Source of the DNA: Octopus sinensis
Lineage: Eukaryota
Direction of reading: 5' to 3'
DNA length: 64,000 nucleotides
NCBI RefSeq assembly: GCF_006345805.1
Contig: NC_043003.1
Span: 46,004,001-46,068,000 of the forward strand
Under the pieces are notes generated by a model that was not told where the DNA came from, made no database searches, and saw nothing but the letters and a program-made list of their open reading frames with translations. How positions within the stretch are numbered: position 1 is the first letter of the stretch; each line of letters starts with the position of its first letter. Shown piece by piece: positions 39,290 to 54,529 of this stretch. Made by a program: the position numbers and the translations under genes.

Positions 39290-40378
39290 ATATATATTGT
39301 ACAAAATATTTCACGTAAACCCGGAGTTTCTACCTTTAAAAACAAGGTGGTACGCTCTTTTTACTTGTGTGATCTTTTGCTACCCTGGTAACTATTTATC
39401 TATTTTTTTCCGTGTTAATTGTAAACAGGGGGAAAATATACAAACTGTTTATATATATATATTATAATATTATATATATATATATATATATATAAACGAC
39501 GGGGCTCCGTACTGTTTCTGCCTAAGTAACCTCAGTTACAAAACTTTAGGCAATGCCGGATGATGACAGAATGCATTTAACCAAAATGTTGCAACATTAG
39601 TTTCAACTTGCAACCAAGAACATCCCCACCGAATTTCATGACCACATTAGCATTATAAATACAGGCAGACATACACACACACACACACACAAACACACAC
39701 TCACAAACACACGCAAACATACTTATACGCACGCACACTCACAGATATATAAGTAGACAGATAAACAAAGAGATAGACACAAATCTATATTAGGTATTCC
39801 TACACACGTCTCACCGTTTTGTTCTTTGTTTGTTTTGGCACTCTGTATTGGATGTTCCAAGTGCATTTTGATGCTAAATTGGTTCTCTGTTTCAAGGTGC
39901 AACGAAATGTTACCTGATAATCCGTTATGGTTAAGCATACAATTGTTTTGAATCATTCCACGCAGAGTTCCAAACAGCCGCAATGATGAAACGTATGTAG
40001 GAACAAATAACATAAACTTGTGTTTATCATAATTCCTTCTTTATTGGCTCTGTATTTCATAGGTAGAATTTCTATGTACAGTAGTTGCTGAACCATTGCG
40101 ATGGAAGTTGAATGGACATTGAAAATCTATGTTGAGCGGGAAACTTAACAGTAGCAATCGTGCATTTATTTTTGTTGTTTAATCTTTTTACACGTGTCAG
40201 TCATTTGACTGCAGCCATGCTGGAGCACCACCTTAAAGCGTTTTAGTCAAAGAAACCATCGCCAGGACTTTGTAAGCCAAGTATAATAAACGTAAAACGA
40301 TGTTTTATGGGGTGTCTGTTTATTATCATATCTGTGTGTGCGCGTGTGTGTGTGTATACATACATACATACATATATA

Positions 40379-40409
<31 letters not shown>

Positions 40410-40518
40410 CGCTTAGCCACAGCTGTGATAGTAACCAGTTCTTAGATTTCAATATCTATATACTAACTATACGTATATATCTAACTAGATTGCTAGATAG
40501 TTAGTTAGTCAGATCGAC

Positions 40519-40562
<44 letters not shown>

Positions 40563-41719
40563 ACGTATATAAGTATGTATATTTGAGTGGTTTTGTACAC
40601 AACACACACACACACACACACACATATCTCCATACAAATATATTCGCATCAATAGTTTTCTACATGTTTAATCAATATATTTTCCTCTCGTTGTCTCTCG
40701 GTCTCTCTTCTCATTGTTAAATAATTAATTCATTGTTTACATAACATCAATCAATAACAAATTAACTGTGATTTCTATGTCATTTATAAAATTGCTTTTC
40801 TATTTGATCGTTTGATGATAATGGTTGTTGGTAATTGAACGGGAAATGCCATGTTTTTTTAATAAACTCTGTATTACAGGTGCAGCTGATGGAAACTAGC
40901 AGTAATATCTTAACAATGTAATGATGCCTATGAACGATCTATTCTTCATATAAATATTTCACTCGACTTACTCTTCAAAGCTGTGATTTCATGCTGTAGT
41001 CAGTAATATGGTGTATGACAAACCTAACCTGGCCATAATAAGGTATAAGATGTCGAAGTTTTAACAGAGCCAGAGATGTATTTATATCTTAGAGCTTACG
41101 AAATGCTTTAAATCATTAATTCTGTTGTATTTAAGGCGGCGATTTGGCAGAATTGTTAGTACACTGAGTAAAATGCTTAGCGGCATTTCGTCCATCTTTA
41201 CATTAAGCGTTCAAGCTCCACCGAGGTCCACTTTACCTTTCATTCTTTCGATGTTGATAAAATAAATACGAGTTGAACAGTGGGGTCGATGTAATCGACT
41301 CACCCCACACTCCTGAACGTACTGGCCTTGTGCCAAATTCTGTAACTTTTATTATTATAATTTATGTTGTTATTATTTTGCAATGAGAAATAGGTTACTA
41401 ACATTGTACTTGTGGACGAAGGGAAACTTACTGGGCAAAGTTGAATTCAGTTGTGTGACATAATCAGATAACTGTGTCTACCCCCTACTATAGTTTCAGT
41501 TGATATCTCAATGTTTTGGAGTCAATGTTAATTACTCTTTTGACGTGTGAGATTTTTTATTGCCAATATTGGAAGGTTGATACAGAGCCTCTTGTTAAAA
41601 TTTTGTTAGCTCACAAAAATTGGTGGTAAGATTTTTTAAGTTTGTAGGGGATAAACATGATGTAGAGGATAAACAATTCGTCATTTTAGGAAATGGCGAG
41701 GCTTGAATACCCTTGAGTG

Positions 41720-42215
41720 ATACATCGTTTCCACTTTCAAGACAATAGTGTTGTAATTTGAAGGAATTTGGTAGCTATTTCTACCAAATTAAATTGTCTC
41801 ATTGACTGGATATATAGAGATAAATACCACCAAACGTAAAATATCTTTGTAGAAGACAAGAAGCTCCAGAGAATCATCAAGGGAAGTATATGACCGAATA
41901 GAAATCCAATCCGAACTATACGTTGTAATTCGATGGACGAAAGAAGCAATATACTGCTGAACAAGAAACATTCGTGCTCATACACATTGGAATAGGGAAA
42001 ACACGGTGGGAACCATATCCTCTTCCAATGTGCGAGCTCTACGTAGCGTCATAGAACAGGAGAGACTTAGGTATAACTGTGGAAAACAACCTCAGGCTGG
42101 AGTGCACGCATCAGCAATAAAGTCGATATGGTCTCCAGAATGTGATCACGGATCCTTAAAACTTTTCTATCTAAAGATCCTGATGCCATCATTTTCTCTT
42201 CTCAACGTTTGCTAA
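41720..42215 (+). mobile_element. Decayed CR1/L2-group LINE RT C-terminal fragment
   Basis: Frameshifted translation gives IDWI..., VIRWTKE..LLN, ERDLGITVENNL and ILKTFLSKD, typical of the RT domain 7/thumb region. Confidence 0.6.
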
Positions 42216-43163
42216 ATCTCAATTTGAATATTGCCGCTTATTATAGTCGCCGTACACGAAACAAAATATTATGAGATACCAAGTGTCCTAGAGATCGATC
42301 ACAAAAATAAACAAGAACACTCAGAGAGTGCACTGATTGACAACCGGTTTTGGTATGTTTGTGTCCCCCACCTCCGTAACTTAGCGGCTCGGCAAAAGGG
42401 AGCGATAAAATAAGTACCAGTCGTAAAAAAAGAACAAAAATGAAGTATATATGAGGTCGATTCATTCAACTAAAAATTCTTCAAGGCGGTGCCACTCCAT
42501 GGCATCAGCCAAATTACTGAAACAAGTAAAAGATAAAAAGATAAGAGAGAGATAAAGTTCACGAGCAGATGTCAACTGAGTAGATATACACAGTGAATTG
42601 ATATTAACTACTTAGATATATATACAGTGTGTAGATGACGATCTGAGAAATAAAAAGACCATGTAAATTTAAACTGGAAAAGACAGACACAGAGTGTTGC
42701 TGGTCGCTGAATAAACAGAAAAGCTTGATGTTGACAGGATAGATAAACATAGTGTATAGCTTTTGAATGACTATGTCAACATTCTGTGTAGATGTTGCTA
42801 TATAGATAGTGGATATGTGTTGGTATCGACTGTCTTGATATACGCATTTAGATGTTCACGGGCGATGTTAACTGGATTGCTAAGCGTGCATATATGTTAA
42901 TTGAAGAGATAAACAGTGAGAAATTACCAGAATGGATGATAGAAAATATCTTAGAGGAATGTTGTGTATGTTATATATTGGAGTGGAATCGGCTTTGCAT
43001 AATCAACTGCGTATGTATGTATATATGCATTGCATATATGTATGTATGTATCTATCTATCTATCTATCACACACACTCACACACACATATATATATAATG
43101 ATTGATATGGAAGACGGAGTGTAACAAAAAGCTTATATGCGTATGTGTATATATATATATATA

Positions 43164-43212
<49 letters not shown>

Positions 43213-44089
43213 TATATATATATGTATGTATACAGATATTCTATAATTATAAACATAATTATAACTAGGGGTCAGCTAATTGCTTCACCACATACCGAAT
43301 TTAGAAATAGGAGTTTAAAAATTCCTTTTCTACTACCGTAAGAATCTCCCAGGCAGAAACACACTTTATATATATATATATATAGTAGCCGTTTTGACTG
43401 CTTCTTCTAGCGAGAGAGACTGCTTCTTCTAGAGAGAGAGACAAGTTGTTAGAATCAGAAAAATTTCCATCGACAGAAATAATCTAAAGATTTAGTAGAC
43501 AAAATCTTGAGTTTGAAGATAATGATGGGATAGATAGACTTTGAGTAGATATCGGTTGCACGCGCGCTTGTGTGTAAGTGGGGGGGGGGGGGTTCGCGCA
43601 TGCGTACGCACAGTTTTATGCACTACCTAAAAATGAAAACTGTGTGCTGATTTTGGCTAGATGGGTGAACTTTCTATGTGTTGTCGAAAGACCTCAATAG
43701 TCTATAGATAGAAATTGTGTTTTTTTACATAAAATGTGATGATCGTGTTGTGCGAGAGGCAAAGGAAAACATCGTGTTGTATAATCGCTGACGCCTGTAA
43801 ATATGGCGCATGAAAAGAAGATAGATTTTGTCTATGCAGAAACAATGTGTAGTTGTTGACTACACACAGACTCTCTATACAAAGATACAATGACGTATAA
43901 ATAAATAAATACAGCGTGTGAGTATTAGCTAGACAGATGAAAACACTGTGTAGATGTCGAAGTTTAAAAAAAAGGGCACATTTTATGTTGACTGCATAGA
44001 GTCACGCAGTGTACAAAGGTCGACTGGAGAAGCCATTATAGTACATAGAGATACAGTTTGTATTTGCTGACCAGATGGATCGATGCAAT

Positions 44090-44149
<60 letters not shown>

Positions 44150-45339
44150 TGGTGGTGGTACCAGTAGTAGTAGAAGAGACATCTTGTTTTAATCTTCCTT
44201 CTATGGTAACAGACAGCATATCATGCTCCAGAGAGCAACATTGACAAACGTGGCTTATATAATGTCGTGTAGTTTATTATTTTTTTTTTCAATCAGGTTT
44301 TGTGAATAATAGTGTCGTTTACAACAAGCCAATCTCTGGTTAACTGCATTTATTTATTTATTTATTTATTTGATGGCAAGAGTGACAAGGGAGTGTCTGT
44401 GCAACTCGGGCGGAACGAAAGCCACACAATGCTATAGCATCGGTTTATCATTTCTCCCGCTAATATTTAGACACCAACGAAACATACACGAATATACAAG
44501 CACACGTCTACATGCATACACACGCACACACACACACTGTACACACATACACAGACCGTACACACACACACTCATGTATATATGTCGCATATTCACACAC
44601 CAAAAATTCAATACCTACAATATATATAGTTTGCAAATGCTTTCTTTCTTCATCTTTTCCTCTCTGTCTGTCTGTCTCTCTCTCTCTCTGTCTCTCCCCA
44701 CACACGTGCGCACTTGCTTACTTGTGTATACAATCACACACTGACTTAAAATCACTAATATATGTGTGTGAGTGTGAGCGTGTCTGTGTATGTGCGTGTT
44801 TCTGTGTGTATCTGTGTGTATGTATATATATATATATATATATTTGTGTGTGTCTGTGTCTGTGTGTGTATGCATATATATGTGTAGGTGTATGTGTGTG
44901 TATGTATTGTATGCATATATATGTGTAGGTGTATGTGTGTGTATGTATATACACATATATGCGAGTGTATTTTATAATATAGATAGATAGATACCTGCAT
45001 ACATGCATACATGCATCGAAATTTCTGTTTTGCAGTCAAATTCAGAACAAAATATTCATGAATCGAACTTGGTCAATCAATCATACCAACCCTAGAGTAC
45101 ATCTACAATTTGATACCGAATTGTGCACACGTAGGGGAACTGAACGATTCAGGTTCGAATTTCACTGAGGTCAACATACCTTTCCATCAAACCTCTCGTT
45201 CTGTTAATTGGCTTCGATAATTGAGCAAGCTTTGACACCTGCCTTGGTGATACTTTTATCTAGAGAAAGGAATGGAGGTTGTAGCAATATTATCATTGGT
45301 TGCTTTGAAGTCTTCTAGTGCACATACATGGCAGGACAA

Positions 45340-45910
45340 AGATCATGATGGTGACGACGACGACGACGACGACGATGATGATGATGATGGTGGTGATGGT
45401 GATGGTGATGAAGACGATGATGATAAAGATGATGACAACGACGATAACGATGATCGTGATCATAATCCAAATTATCATGATGATCATCATCATCATGATC
45501 ATGATCATCGTCATCATCATCCTCATTGTCATTATCATCATCAACATTTTCAACATTATTACTAGCATCATTAGCATAATTGTGAAGATAGAGAGAAGGT
45601 TGATGATTATAAAGACGACAACGTTGACAACGATAATGGTAATGATGATGTTGATCAGGATGAGGACGATGATGATTACGATGACCATCATCACCACCAC
45701 CACCACCACCACCACCACCACCACCACCGCTATCATCATCATCATCTCAAACATCATGATATCATCAAGATATTGCTGACATTGTTAAAGTTGTTGGTGC
45801 TAGTAAACAGTAGGTGTGGCGTCGATAGTGGTAGAAATGGTACCGTGGGAGCAGTGGTGGTGGTGGTGGCGATGTTGAAACGGTGTTGGTAGAAGTATTG
45901 GTAGCGGTGG
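45340..45910. repeat. Compound trinucleotide tract (GAC/GAT/CAT/CAC/GGT)n
   Basis: Low-complexity ORFs in several frames on both strands. Confidence 0.85.
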
Positions 45911-46106
45911 TGGTGATGAAAGACAGCGATAAAACGCAATAGTTTCTGACTACGTCAGCAGTGCCACCTATTGAGAGAGTCTCACACAACCTCGACACAA
46001 TCCATTATCAGTGATCCATAATTAATGGATAACAGCAATTCCGATAAGAAAAACAAAACATCAAATATGGCAACTGATGTAATATATGTGCATGTATGTA
46101 TGTATG

Positions 46107-46138
<32 letters not shown>

Positions 46139-46952
46139 TGTATGTATGTATGTATGTATGTATATATATATATGTATGTAGTATGTATGTATGTATGTAT
46201 GTATGTATGTATGTATGTATGTATGTATTTATGTATGCGTGTGTATGTATGTATGTATGTATGTGTATGTATGTATGTATGTATGTATGTATGTGTGCAT
46301 TTCTGTGTGAGTCTCTATGCGGGTATACATTTGTATGAGCGTGTGCGTGTTTGTATGTTTATTGCGTATATCTGCGTACACTTTTCGCGCGTGTTTATCT
46401 AACGTCTGTGTATATCGTTAGCGCTTTCCATATGCGGCGGCTATTTGTGTGTCTGCATATGCTCTACGTTTACTCGTATAACTATGCATGTATGTATGTA
46501 TGTATGTATGTATGTATGTATGTATGTATGTATGTATGTATGTATGTATGTTGTATGTATGTATGTATGTATGTATGTATGTATGTATGTATGTATCACT
46601 TGATTGCAATCATGGTGGGGCACTAAGTTGAAGAATTTTAGTCAAAGGAATCGAGCTTAGTTCTGACATAATCTTTTAAAGTTTGGTGCTTATTCAATCG
46701 ATTTTCCTCTGCCGACCTGCTCGGTTACGGGAATGTAAACACGACGACGACAGTTGTCAAGCGGTCGGAGGAGACAAATGCCGACAGAAAGTCATACATG
46801 TACATACATGTATGCACACACGCGCACACACATATATATATATACATATTTATATACACACGTATATATGCATGTATAAGTATGTATGTGTACGTATGTA
46901 TATATATATATGTATGTGTATATATATATATATATGTGTATATATATATATA

Positions 46953-47027
<75 letters not shown>

Positions 47028-47030
47028 GGG

Positions 47031-47065
<35 letters not shown>

Positions 47066-47080
47066 AGATATAGATATAAA

Positions 47081-47470
47081 TGGTTCAGTCCCCTACGTAG
47101 CACCTTAAGCTAGGCAAGTGTCTTCTGCTATAGCCTCGGGCCCACCAAAACCTTGTGAGTGGATTTGATAGACGGAAAGGGAAACCCATTGTGTATATAT
47201 ATATATAATATATATATATATGCATGTCAGTCTCCACCACCACCACTTGAAAACTGGTGTTGGTTTGTATACGTCTCCCTAACTCAGTGTTCCGGCAAAA
47301 GGGACAGTTATAATAATTACCGCCTTTTAAAAGATATGTTCTTCAAGGTGGTCGCACGCTATGGCTGCAGTCTAATAACTGAAGGAATTAAAAACGATAA
47401 AACATACAATGGGCTTCTTTCAGTTTTCGTCTGTCAAATTCACTCACAAGATTTTAGTAGGCCCGAGTAT
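47081..47470. mobile_element. SINE family A (+, 47081-47400) followed by an inverted fragment (-, ~47410-47470)
   Basis: ggttcagtcc...ctaggcaagtgtcttctgctatagcctcggg; then gggcttctttcagttttcgtctgtcaaattcactcacaag on the opposite strand. Confidence 0.75.
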
Positions 47471-47954
47471 ATAGTTGAACATATTAAATAAATGGAGAGG
47501 TATCCGTAATAGCAAACTTGCTATGAATTGCAACTGCATGGGTGACTTTGCAACAGCTTAGGATGGGATCGAACCGATTGATTATATTGCTACTTGGCAA
47601 TTTATTTTGACCCGCTTCACCCTTCATCCGCAACATACCCAAGAAATGTAACCGGAAATATGAAAAAAACTCAGCAGATCTTTTATTTTATTACTGTACC
47701 TGTTTGCTGGCGGTTTTGTTCTAACGCCTGACATTTTGGTTATATGCTGTCCTTATTTCTCTGCTGAATATTGTATTCTCATCTATGATCACAGTTCACT
47801 TAAATGTTAGAAATATAATACAAATCGCCTGGTAATGTTGCCTGTGATGGAACAATAATTAACATCTAGAAAATTCATCTTTCAGTAAGAATTAAGACAA
47901 GAATCGGCACTTGAGAACCCGTAGAGCTCAGCAGACATTTTCATTGCATTTCCA

Positions 47955-48225
47955 TTTTCACTTGCGGTCGGAGGATCGCGGTTTCGATTCTCAGACCGGG
48001 CGTTGTGTGTGTTTATTGAGTAAAAACGCCTAAAAGCTCCATGAGGATCCGGCAGGGTGGGGGTGACCCCTGTTGTACTCTTTCACCACAACTTTCTCTC
48101 ACTCTCCCTTCGTGTTTCATGAGTAACGCTGCGATGGACTGGCGTCCTGTCCAGCTGGGGGGAACACATACGCCACAGAAACCGGAAAACCGGGTCCATG
48201 AGCCTGGTTAGGCTTAAAAAGGGTG
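47955..48225 (+). mobile_element. SINE family C
   Basis: ggtttcgattctcagacc...gcgatggactggcgtcctgtccagctggggggaacacatacgcc. Confidence 0.72.
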
Positions 48226-50212
48226 AAAAAAATGTTATACTTGATGATTATGATACGTAAGAGAGAAATGTACCTGACAAAGCGTTCACAAGCTGGACTA
48301 AATTTATTGGTATCACCTTGAGAAGACGAATACATTTTGCCTATCTAGGTGATAAACTTCATGCATCTGGATTTGTATATCTTTGTTTCAATTATGATAT
48401 TTCTAAATTTTAATTTGGGCAGAAAATTTTATGTAGGTCTTAGGAGAGTATTGTAGTTCGCTTGAAGCATTGTGTATTGTTTATAAAAAACAATAAATAA
48501 TAATAATAATGTGTTTTGAATGGCATGGAAAAACTACTTTTCTTTACTCTTTCTGACATTGGCTTTAGTGATTTGTATGGTAAATAGCTTTATTACAAAT
48601 GGAATTGTCTAATTGAGCAGACGGTAAATTTATTCCACTAACTGTTCGTCTTTACATTGTAAAGAAGAAAAATTACCTTTTTCATGTGCTATTTTCTCTT
48701 CTTATTTTTGTTGCTATTTTACCTTAAAAAAATAATATTCAAAAACTGCATTCTAAACTTCCATTCTTGATTATTTAAATATTGTTAAATTTAAAACTCA
48801 AATAACTGTATAAATCTGAGTTAGGGTATATTTAGCTTAAATACCATCTTGCAGGTAAATGGAATGAAAAAACTGGCTCCAAAGACATGATTTAGACACA
48901 CACTAAACGTTTCAAAATGAAGTTAACCTTTTTCTTTTGGAAAAGAACTTATGTAATTGTAGGTCTTTAAATATGAAACCATTACAGAATGGATTCCTGT
49001 TTTAAGTGTGAGAAATAACTTGCTTGTATACATATATCTTTGGAGCTATACATTACACTTTATTCGTCATATATAATGACATTGTATTTATACAAACATT
49101 TCAGTGAATACTGACGTATTCATTACATACATTCCCAGCAGAACCGGCCGCTCCATTGAAACAATTTACAATTTCTACAAACTGTGTATTTTCTCTAAAT
49201 ATCATCGCATTCTTTAGTGACTAATGAACTGCATTTAGACTCCGGAAAAGAAAATCCGATTCCATGTATACCTGCATATCGAGCCGAATGTCATTAGAAA
49301 ATCAAATATGAAATTCTGTAAACTTAGACGCAATCTCGTTGTAGTTTCAGCTCGGCTTCGTTTTATATCTGTGAAATTTATTATAAATATATAATACGTT
49401 TGATATAGCATAACGATGAATTATAAAAATAAATAGTTTAGAGTATAAACATAAATTATATTTTACATAAACGATTAGGAATGTTAGATAAATTATATAT
49501 CGTCGTCATCGACAGTGTGTTTTACCTGTTGAGGATGTTAGCTAGTTTTCTGAAATTTTGTTGCACACACATATATGACTGAATGTATGTATTATTTACG
49601 TATATTATGTATGGATGTATGTATGTATGCATGCATGCATGTATATAAGAATGGATGGATTGGTGAACATTAAATATTAACGACGGAGACTGTATAAATA
49701 ACCAAATGGCAATCTTTATATCCTACTTCAAGTGGGTACACTATCAGAATGCTCTAATACTGCGGTATTCTCCTCGAGAGATGCTGTCATATGGACATAT
49801 AGTCCTAAGAGTTTTGTTGAGGTGAAATACCGCTATTTTATGGCGTTCTATCTATAAATCTACGCTAAGTAGGACATACTGGTTCCTTCGTTAATATTAA
49901 ATCTGTACAAAGATTGTAGTTTCTTCACGAGATCCGTGACTGAGCAGCCATTGTTTTTCAGTACATCGGCCGCAGCAAGATTTAGCAAGCATGTGGAGAG
50001 GGGACACCTCCTACTAAGAAGCGAAAAGCTCCGAAATCATATGATCGTATGTTACCGATATTTCTGTGCTTCTTAGCACTACACGTCTGCAGAAAAATAT
50101 TTCTCAATGCAAATACCGCAGTATTACAGCGTTTTAGCAATATATCTACGCTAAGTACGGTATGTGTGAATGTGTGTGTGTGTGTCTCTCTCTCTCTTTC
50201 TCTGTATGTATG

Positions 50213-50265
<53 letters not shown>

Positions 50266-50794
50266 TCTTGGCTTAACACCCCTCACCGTTTGCTTTTACT
50301 GTCTTGTTCTCACCTGTTTTTGTTACCACTTTCACCCTCCGCAAAAAATCCCAAATTTTATTTAATTTGCTTTGCGAGAAGGGCTGTTTCAACGAAGTCG
50401 TGTATTGTCCTTGCGTTCGAAACCGCGGGGTAGATGAAACAGGGACAACTGATGAAGGGGAATATTCTTTATATTGCATGTCTCGTTTGTCTGTTTGTTT
50501 TTTTCGATGTTCGAAAAAGAGGTTTTTTTCTATGTTTTTGTTTTTATATTTTCCTTTCTCATTGTATTTAACGTTTTTTTTATGTCTTGTATCCATATAT
50601 GCATATATGCATGTATATATACATATATATTTGTCGGTATGTACCTATATATATATATATGTATATATTTATCTATTATTTATATTATATGATCGAACGC
50701 CACGCATCCTTTTCCAAGTAAGTCTTATAAATATAGACTTGCATAAATACACACATATATACAGAGAGATTGATAGACAAGCAGGCAGGCAGGC

Positions 50795-50865
<71 letters not shown>

Positions 50866-50889
50866 AAGATAGATAGATAGATAGGTAGG

Positions 50890-50970
<81 letters not shown>

Positions 50971-51662
50971 GTGCATCTATATATAATACATGATCTAATG
51001 ATGCAATACGTAATTTAGAAGTTAGTTTGTTGTAAGGTTAAAGATCCTTATAGGAGCAGATTGCAACAACAACGATATCATACTGTGAGTGCTGTCCATA
51101 GATAGTTGTAGTGGCTAATGACAGCAAATATCTCGCGCTGGCCACCGATATTTTCAGAACAACAAGAATTCACTCAAATTGCTAACAACATCAAAGTCTA
51201 ATTACCAATGTGTTTGCGTTTGATGTGCAGGAAACCATAAAACAATTGATTGACCGGGGATCCTGCAGCGTTGGTATATGTCAACAGCATTGTTCAGCGT
51301 TTGATTAGGAATTAATGAAACTCGCTTATCATCTTTATCATCTCTTAAATTGCATTTAAAGCCATGTAGTTTGAAATTGTGCTCCCCACCCCATGGCTTA
51401 GAAAGAGAGTCGCAGGTTCGACTCTCACGTGAACCAAATTTCTTTAGTTTGGACCGCTAAAAAAACTTCCTTTTTATGTGTCTTTGTTTATGCACAAGTT
51501 AACTTTTAACTCAGCGATTGGGATGAAAGAAATTCAGCCGCGACTAAGTTGTCTCTTTTTCCGGTTGAAAACATTATTTTATCTCAAAGGTAAGAATAAT
51601 CTTGAAACATCAGATTCTTCTTCGCCTTCTAGTACACACATTTATTCAGACTTTGAAAACAT

Positions 51663-52085
51663 CAGGCGTGACAGTGTGTCGTAAGAAGCTTGCTTCGCAA
51701 CCACACAATACCGCATTCCGTTCCACTGCGCGGCATCTTGGGCAAGTGTTTTCTACTATAGCCTCGACCAGACCGAAGTATTGTGATTAGATTTGGTTGA
51801 CGGAAACTGAAAGAAGCCTGTTGTATATACATATGTATGTATGCATATATGTATGTATTACTAAGTGCGTGTGTCTTTCTGTCTGCGTTTGTTTCCCCAC
51901 CACCGCTTGACAACTGGTGTCGGTTGTTTACATCCTGTAACTTAGTGGTTCGGCAAAAGAGACCGATAGAATAAGTACCAGGCTTACAAAATAAGTACTG
52001 GGTTCGATTTATTCGTCTAAAATTTCAAGGCGGTGCCTCAGAATGGCCGCAGTCTAATGACTGGAACTAGTAAAATATAAGATAC
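51663..52085 (+). mobile_element. SINE family A, full length
   Basis: Co-linear with 12139-12552. Confidence 0.85.
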
Positions 52086-52914
52086 TGAATAAGACTACAT
52101 TATGCAAGACTGCATTATCTGACATGCCATTTTCCTTCTGTGAAAAGGTAGAGTATGATATAAACGAGAATCGGTCGCCACAGCTAGCAAGTAAAGCAAA
52201 TATACAAGTTCTGCCTGCAATACGAACAAGAATTCCTCTTACAGTATTACATAAAACTGAAGCATTGCGCCCACAGGAAATTTGCATAGTAAGACAACTC
52301 CAGTAATTATGGGGCACCATCTCTAGAGGCTATAGTCTATAATACTGAGTTCACAATTTATTTCAGTCTGGTATGTATCATATTAATTATATTCATTTTA
52401 TATCTTGGTTGTAGATTTGATAACCAACAACGCAATTTGATGACGGTTTACGCCGTTGAACATAAAGACGGACACGCACAAATACATACATGCATACACA
52501 AATACACATACATATATATCGATGTATTTGTATATGTCTTTGTGTGTTCATGTGTGTGTATAGTATTGGAATGCAATTTATTAGACTTCCGGTTTCATTA
52601 ACACGTGTTCACACGCAGCATTTGTTCTATGAACGTTTTAATTTTCCATGAACTGTGTTCACATTAACTGGAAAACCAGGGACCTATTTGTATACATATA
52701 TATGTGGGGGGGGGGTTATGTGTGTGCATGTATGTGTGTGTATGCGCATACAGAGGTAGATACGTACGAAATGTATTTATAAATGTACTCTATCAGTATT
52801 TTGCCTCATTTATTTTTGTTTTTTTAGTTTTTGTTGTTTCCAGCAGCAGACTTGCGTCTCTTTCGAACCCTAGCATTTTATCTGTCTAGTCGTAATTGCT
52901 ATCTCAGCAGTTTT

Positions 52915-53364
52915 TACTCTTTTACTCTTTTACTTGTTTCAGTCATTTGACTGCAGCCATGCTGGAGCACTGCCTTTAGTTGAACAAATCGACCCCAGGA
53001 CTTATTCTTTGTTAGTCCAGTACTTAATCTATCGGTCTCTATTGCCGAACCGCTATGCTACGGGGACGTAAACATACCAACATCGGTTGTCAAGCAATGG
53101 TGTGGAGGGAAAAACACAGACACATAAACATACACGCGCGCGCGCACCAACACACACACACACATACACACGCACACATTTCGAAACGCGGAGTAGATAA
53201 AACAGGGGGCAACTGATGAAAGGAATGTTCTTTATGTTGCATGTCTCGTTTCCGTGTTTGTTTTTTTGTTCTCGTTACCTCATTTTGTCTACGTTTTTTT
53301 TCTTGTCCTGTATCCATATATGCATGTGTATATACATATATACATATAGGTATGTACATATATA

Positions 53365-53411
<47 letters not shown>

Positions 53412-53575
53412 ATAGGCTTCTTTCAGTTCACATCTACCAAATCCACTCACAAGGCTTTGGTCGGCCCCAGGCTATAGTAAAAGACACTTTCCCAAGGTAC
53501 CACGCAGTGGGACTGAACCCAGAACCATGTGGTTGGTAAGCAAGATACTTACCACACAGCCACTCCTGCGCCTAT
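52915..53575 (-). mobile_element. SINE family A, interrupted by a PLE-like fragment (53179-53312)
   Basis: 5' half 53415-53575 and 3' half 52915-53120 are both on the minus strand; the insert matches 50415-50590. Confidence 0.85.
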
Positions 53576-53942
53576 GTTTCTGTACAAGAAGCATATCGTG
53601 CAACAGAAATGTGAATACACATAGCAGCTACAGGGATCCTGTCGAAACACACTCACTTACTTCTCATCAGGGGGCATTTTTCCTCTTTGTCGCTGAAGAT
53701 GACTTTCCATATGATGTTCTTGTTGAGCGTTTTGAAATCATTTGACAGTGATTTGGAAACTACATTCCATCTGCCGTGAAGGATATAAAATATATTTGAA
53801 CTTCAATCAGTAAGACTGTTGTAACAAATTGTTTAGTTGAACATCCAATTTCTCTGTTTTGCCGCATACACAGATTCAGACGCACAGCACATACGCACGC
53901 AAGAACACGCGCGAACACACACACACGCACACACACACACAC

Positions 53943-53985
<43 letters not shown>

Positions 53986-54216
53986 ACACACACACATACA
54001 GAGGATACATGGCTCTTGGAATGTCTGTTAATAAACCTATGTAAGCAAAGAAAAACTAATAAAATAGTTAAACACGTTAACGTAATTCTGCCTCTACTTT
54101 CTTTTATCATTTGACTGGAAAGCTACATAAAATTTAGCTATAAAACTAAATAATAAATATATATGCTCTACTTTCGCGTTTTGAGTTTCCTTTCTCTTGA
54201 TTGTATCTAAATCCCT

Positions 54217-54299
<83 letters not shown>

Positions 54300-54301
<2 letters not shown>

Positions 54302-54440
54302 AGCACATAAATGTTAAACAAGGTGGGGAAAATAGTACTCGAATACCGAAGGTAGAGTAATGTTCCTGTTCCACGGACAATTTGGTTGAGGAAAAACTAA
54401 ATCTGACCGACGAACGGGAACGTGAAACTCCGAGTAATAG
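54300..54440. mobile_element. Rearranged copy of the 37340-37475 repeat; hammerhead-like part inverted (54400-54435, + strand)
   Basis: 54300-54360 matches 37350-37408 in the same orientation; CTGA CCGACGA ACG GGAA CGT GAAAC TC CGAG is on the opposite strand relative to the 37428 copy. Confidence 0.55.
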
Positions 54441-54529
54441 ATTTTGTGATATCTTTTCAGCTTTATAAATAAGGTATACGCATACATACATATATACATC
54501 ACCGATATATTAATATCCTTCATGCTATA

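Noticed and set aside
45272-45779. Asp/His-rich and Met/Ile/Thr-rich ORFs
   Set aside because: Compound trinucleotide repeat open in several frames on both strands, with no unique coding flank.
48268-48320. Candidate minus-strand mini-exon GDTNKFSPACERFV
   Set aside because: Splice-like signals of this quality are expected by chance; no supporting context.
53628-53673. Minus-strand CUGAUGA-GAAG...UUUC-G-ACAGG AUC CCUGU A hammerhead-like string
   Set aside because: GAAA lacks two As and no stem I can form; single occurrence.
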